IMG/VR virus record: IMGVR_UViG_3300048855_000073
Location: 1 to 44,051 of that record
Direction: 5' to 3' (one strand)
Length of the DNA stretch: 44,051 bases
Source: a virus
Taxonomy: Duplodnaviria; Caudoviricetes
Both the position numbers and the translations under genes were made by a program. The notes beneath the pieces were generated by a model, which saw only the letters and a program-made list of their open reading frames with translations, was not told where the DNA came from and did not search any database. Numbering within the stretch: position 1 is the first letter of the stretch; every line of letters starts with the position of its first letter. Shown here piece after piece: positions 43,475 to 44,051 of this stretch.

Positions 43475-44051
43475 ATGACCATCCTGGTGCCGGCCCGCCC
43501 GGCTTCGCCTCCTGCCCCCTACCTCGGCGGCAAGCGCAACCTGGCGCGCCGCATCGTCGCGCGCCTCGCCGAGATCCCGCACGCGACCTATGTGGAGCCG
43601 TTTATCGGCATGGGCGGGATCTTCCTGCGCCGGCCCTTCCGCGCCCGGGCGGAGGTGATCAACGACATCAGCACCGATGTCGCGAACCTGTTCCGGGTGC
43701 TGCAGCGCCACTACGTCGCGCTGATGGACATGCTGCGCTGGCAGCTCACCAGCCGGGCGGAGTTCGAACGGCTGCTTTCCGCCAATGCCGACACCCTGAC
43801 CGACCTGGAGCGCGCGGCGCGCTTCCTCTACCTGCAGCGCACCGCCTTTGGCGGGAAGATCTCCGGCCGCAACTTCGGCGTGGCGCCGGGCACCCCTGCC
43901 CGCTTCGATGTGACGAAGCTGCAAGCGACGCTGGAGGAGGTGCACGAGCGCCTGTCGGGCGTGGTGATCGAGCGCCTGCCCTTCGACCAGCTGATTGCCC
44001 GCTACGATCGGCCGGACACGCTGTTCTATCTCGATCCCCCATATTGGGGAT
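43475..44051 (+). CDS. D12-class N6-adenine DNA methyltransferase (Dam-like), 3' truncated
   Basis: PYLGGK, YVEPF.GMGG, VIND, FYLDPPYW; runs off the window end so it is missing from the ORF track. Confidence 0.92.
   Translation, partial: MTILVPARPASPPAPYLGGKRNLARRIVARLAEIPHATYVEPFIGMGGIFLRRPFRARAEVINDISTDVANLFRVLQRHYVALMDMLRWQLTSRAEFERLLSANADTLTDLERAARFLYLQRTAFGGKISGRNFGVAPGTPARFDVTKLQATLEEVHERLSGVVIERLPFDQLIARYDRPDTLFYLDPPYWG

Noticed and set aside
43475-44051. Window end joining to window start as a closed circle
   Set aside because: Joining gives DPPYWG-WPGLRAVM-stop, truncating the methyltransferase, so sequence is missing between the ends

Overview
High-GC alphaproteobacterial temperate siphophage that appears to be maintained as a plasmid (phage-plasmid); the gene styles suggest Acetobacteraceae/Roseomonas, which is an inference. 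In order: (1) plasmid module with an HTH Rep, type Ib ParA plus a small partner, five dispersed centromere-like repeat arrays and a probable antisense RNA; (2) RHH repressor/antirepressor module; (3) early-left operon of small genes; (4) CI/Cro/CII switch with four 17-bp operators; (5) split primase plus TOPRIM-DUF927 helicase followed by an iteron origin; (6) DUF6362-like late regulator and a serine recombinase; (7) HNH/cos/terminase and HK97-type head genes; (8) siphoviral tail genes with a -1 frameshift, a 1935-aa tape measure protein and an SGNH-esterase tail protein; (9) holin and SleB-type endolysin; (10) LexA-box-controlled operon of an unknown gene, a umuD-like gene and umuC; (11) a divergent Dam-like methyltransferase cut off by the window end. 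No integrase is visible in the window. The most unusual signals are a major capsid protein with a signal-peptide-like plus transmembrane-like 60-aa N-terminal extension, a UmuD homologue lacking both catalytic residues, modular 7-8-bp repeat arrays at gene boundaries, and a pseudoknot-like leader before the tail chaperone. Family assignments come from motif recognition by eye, not database searches.
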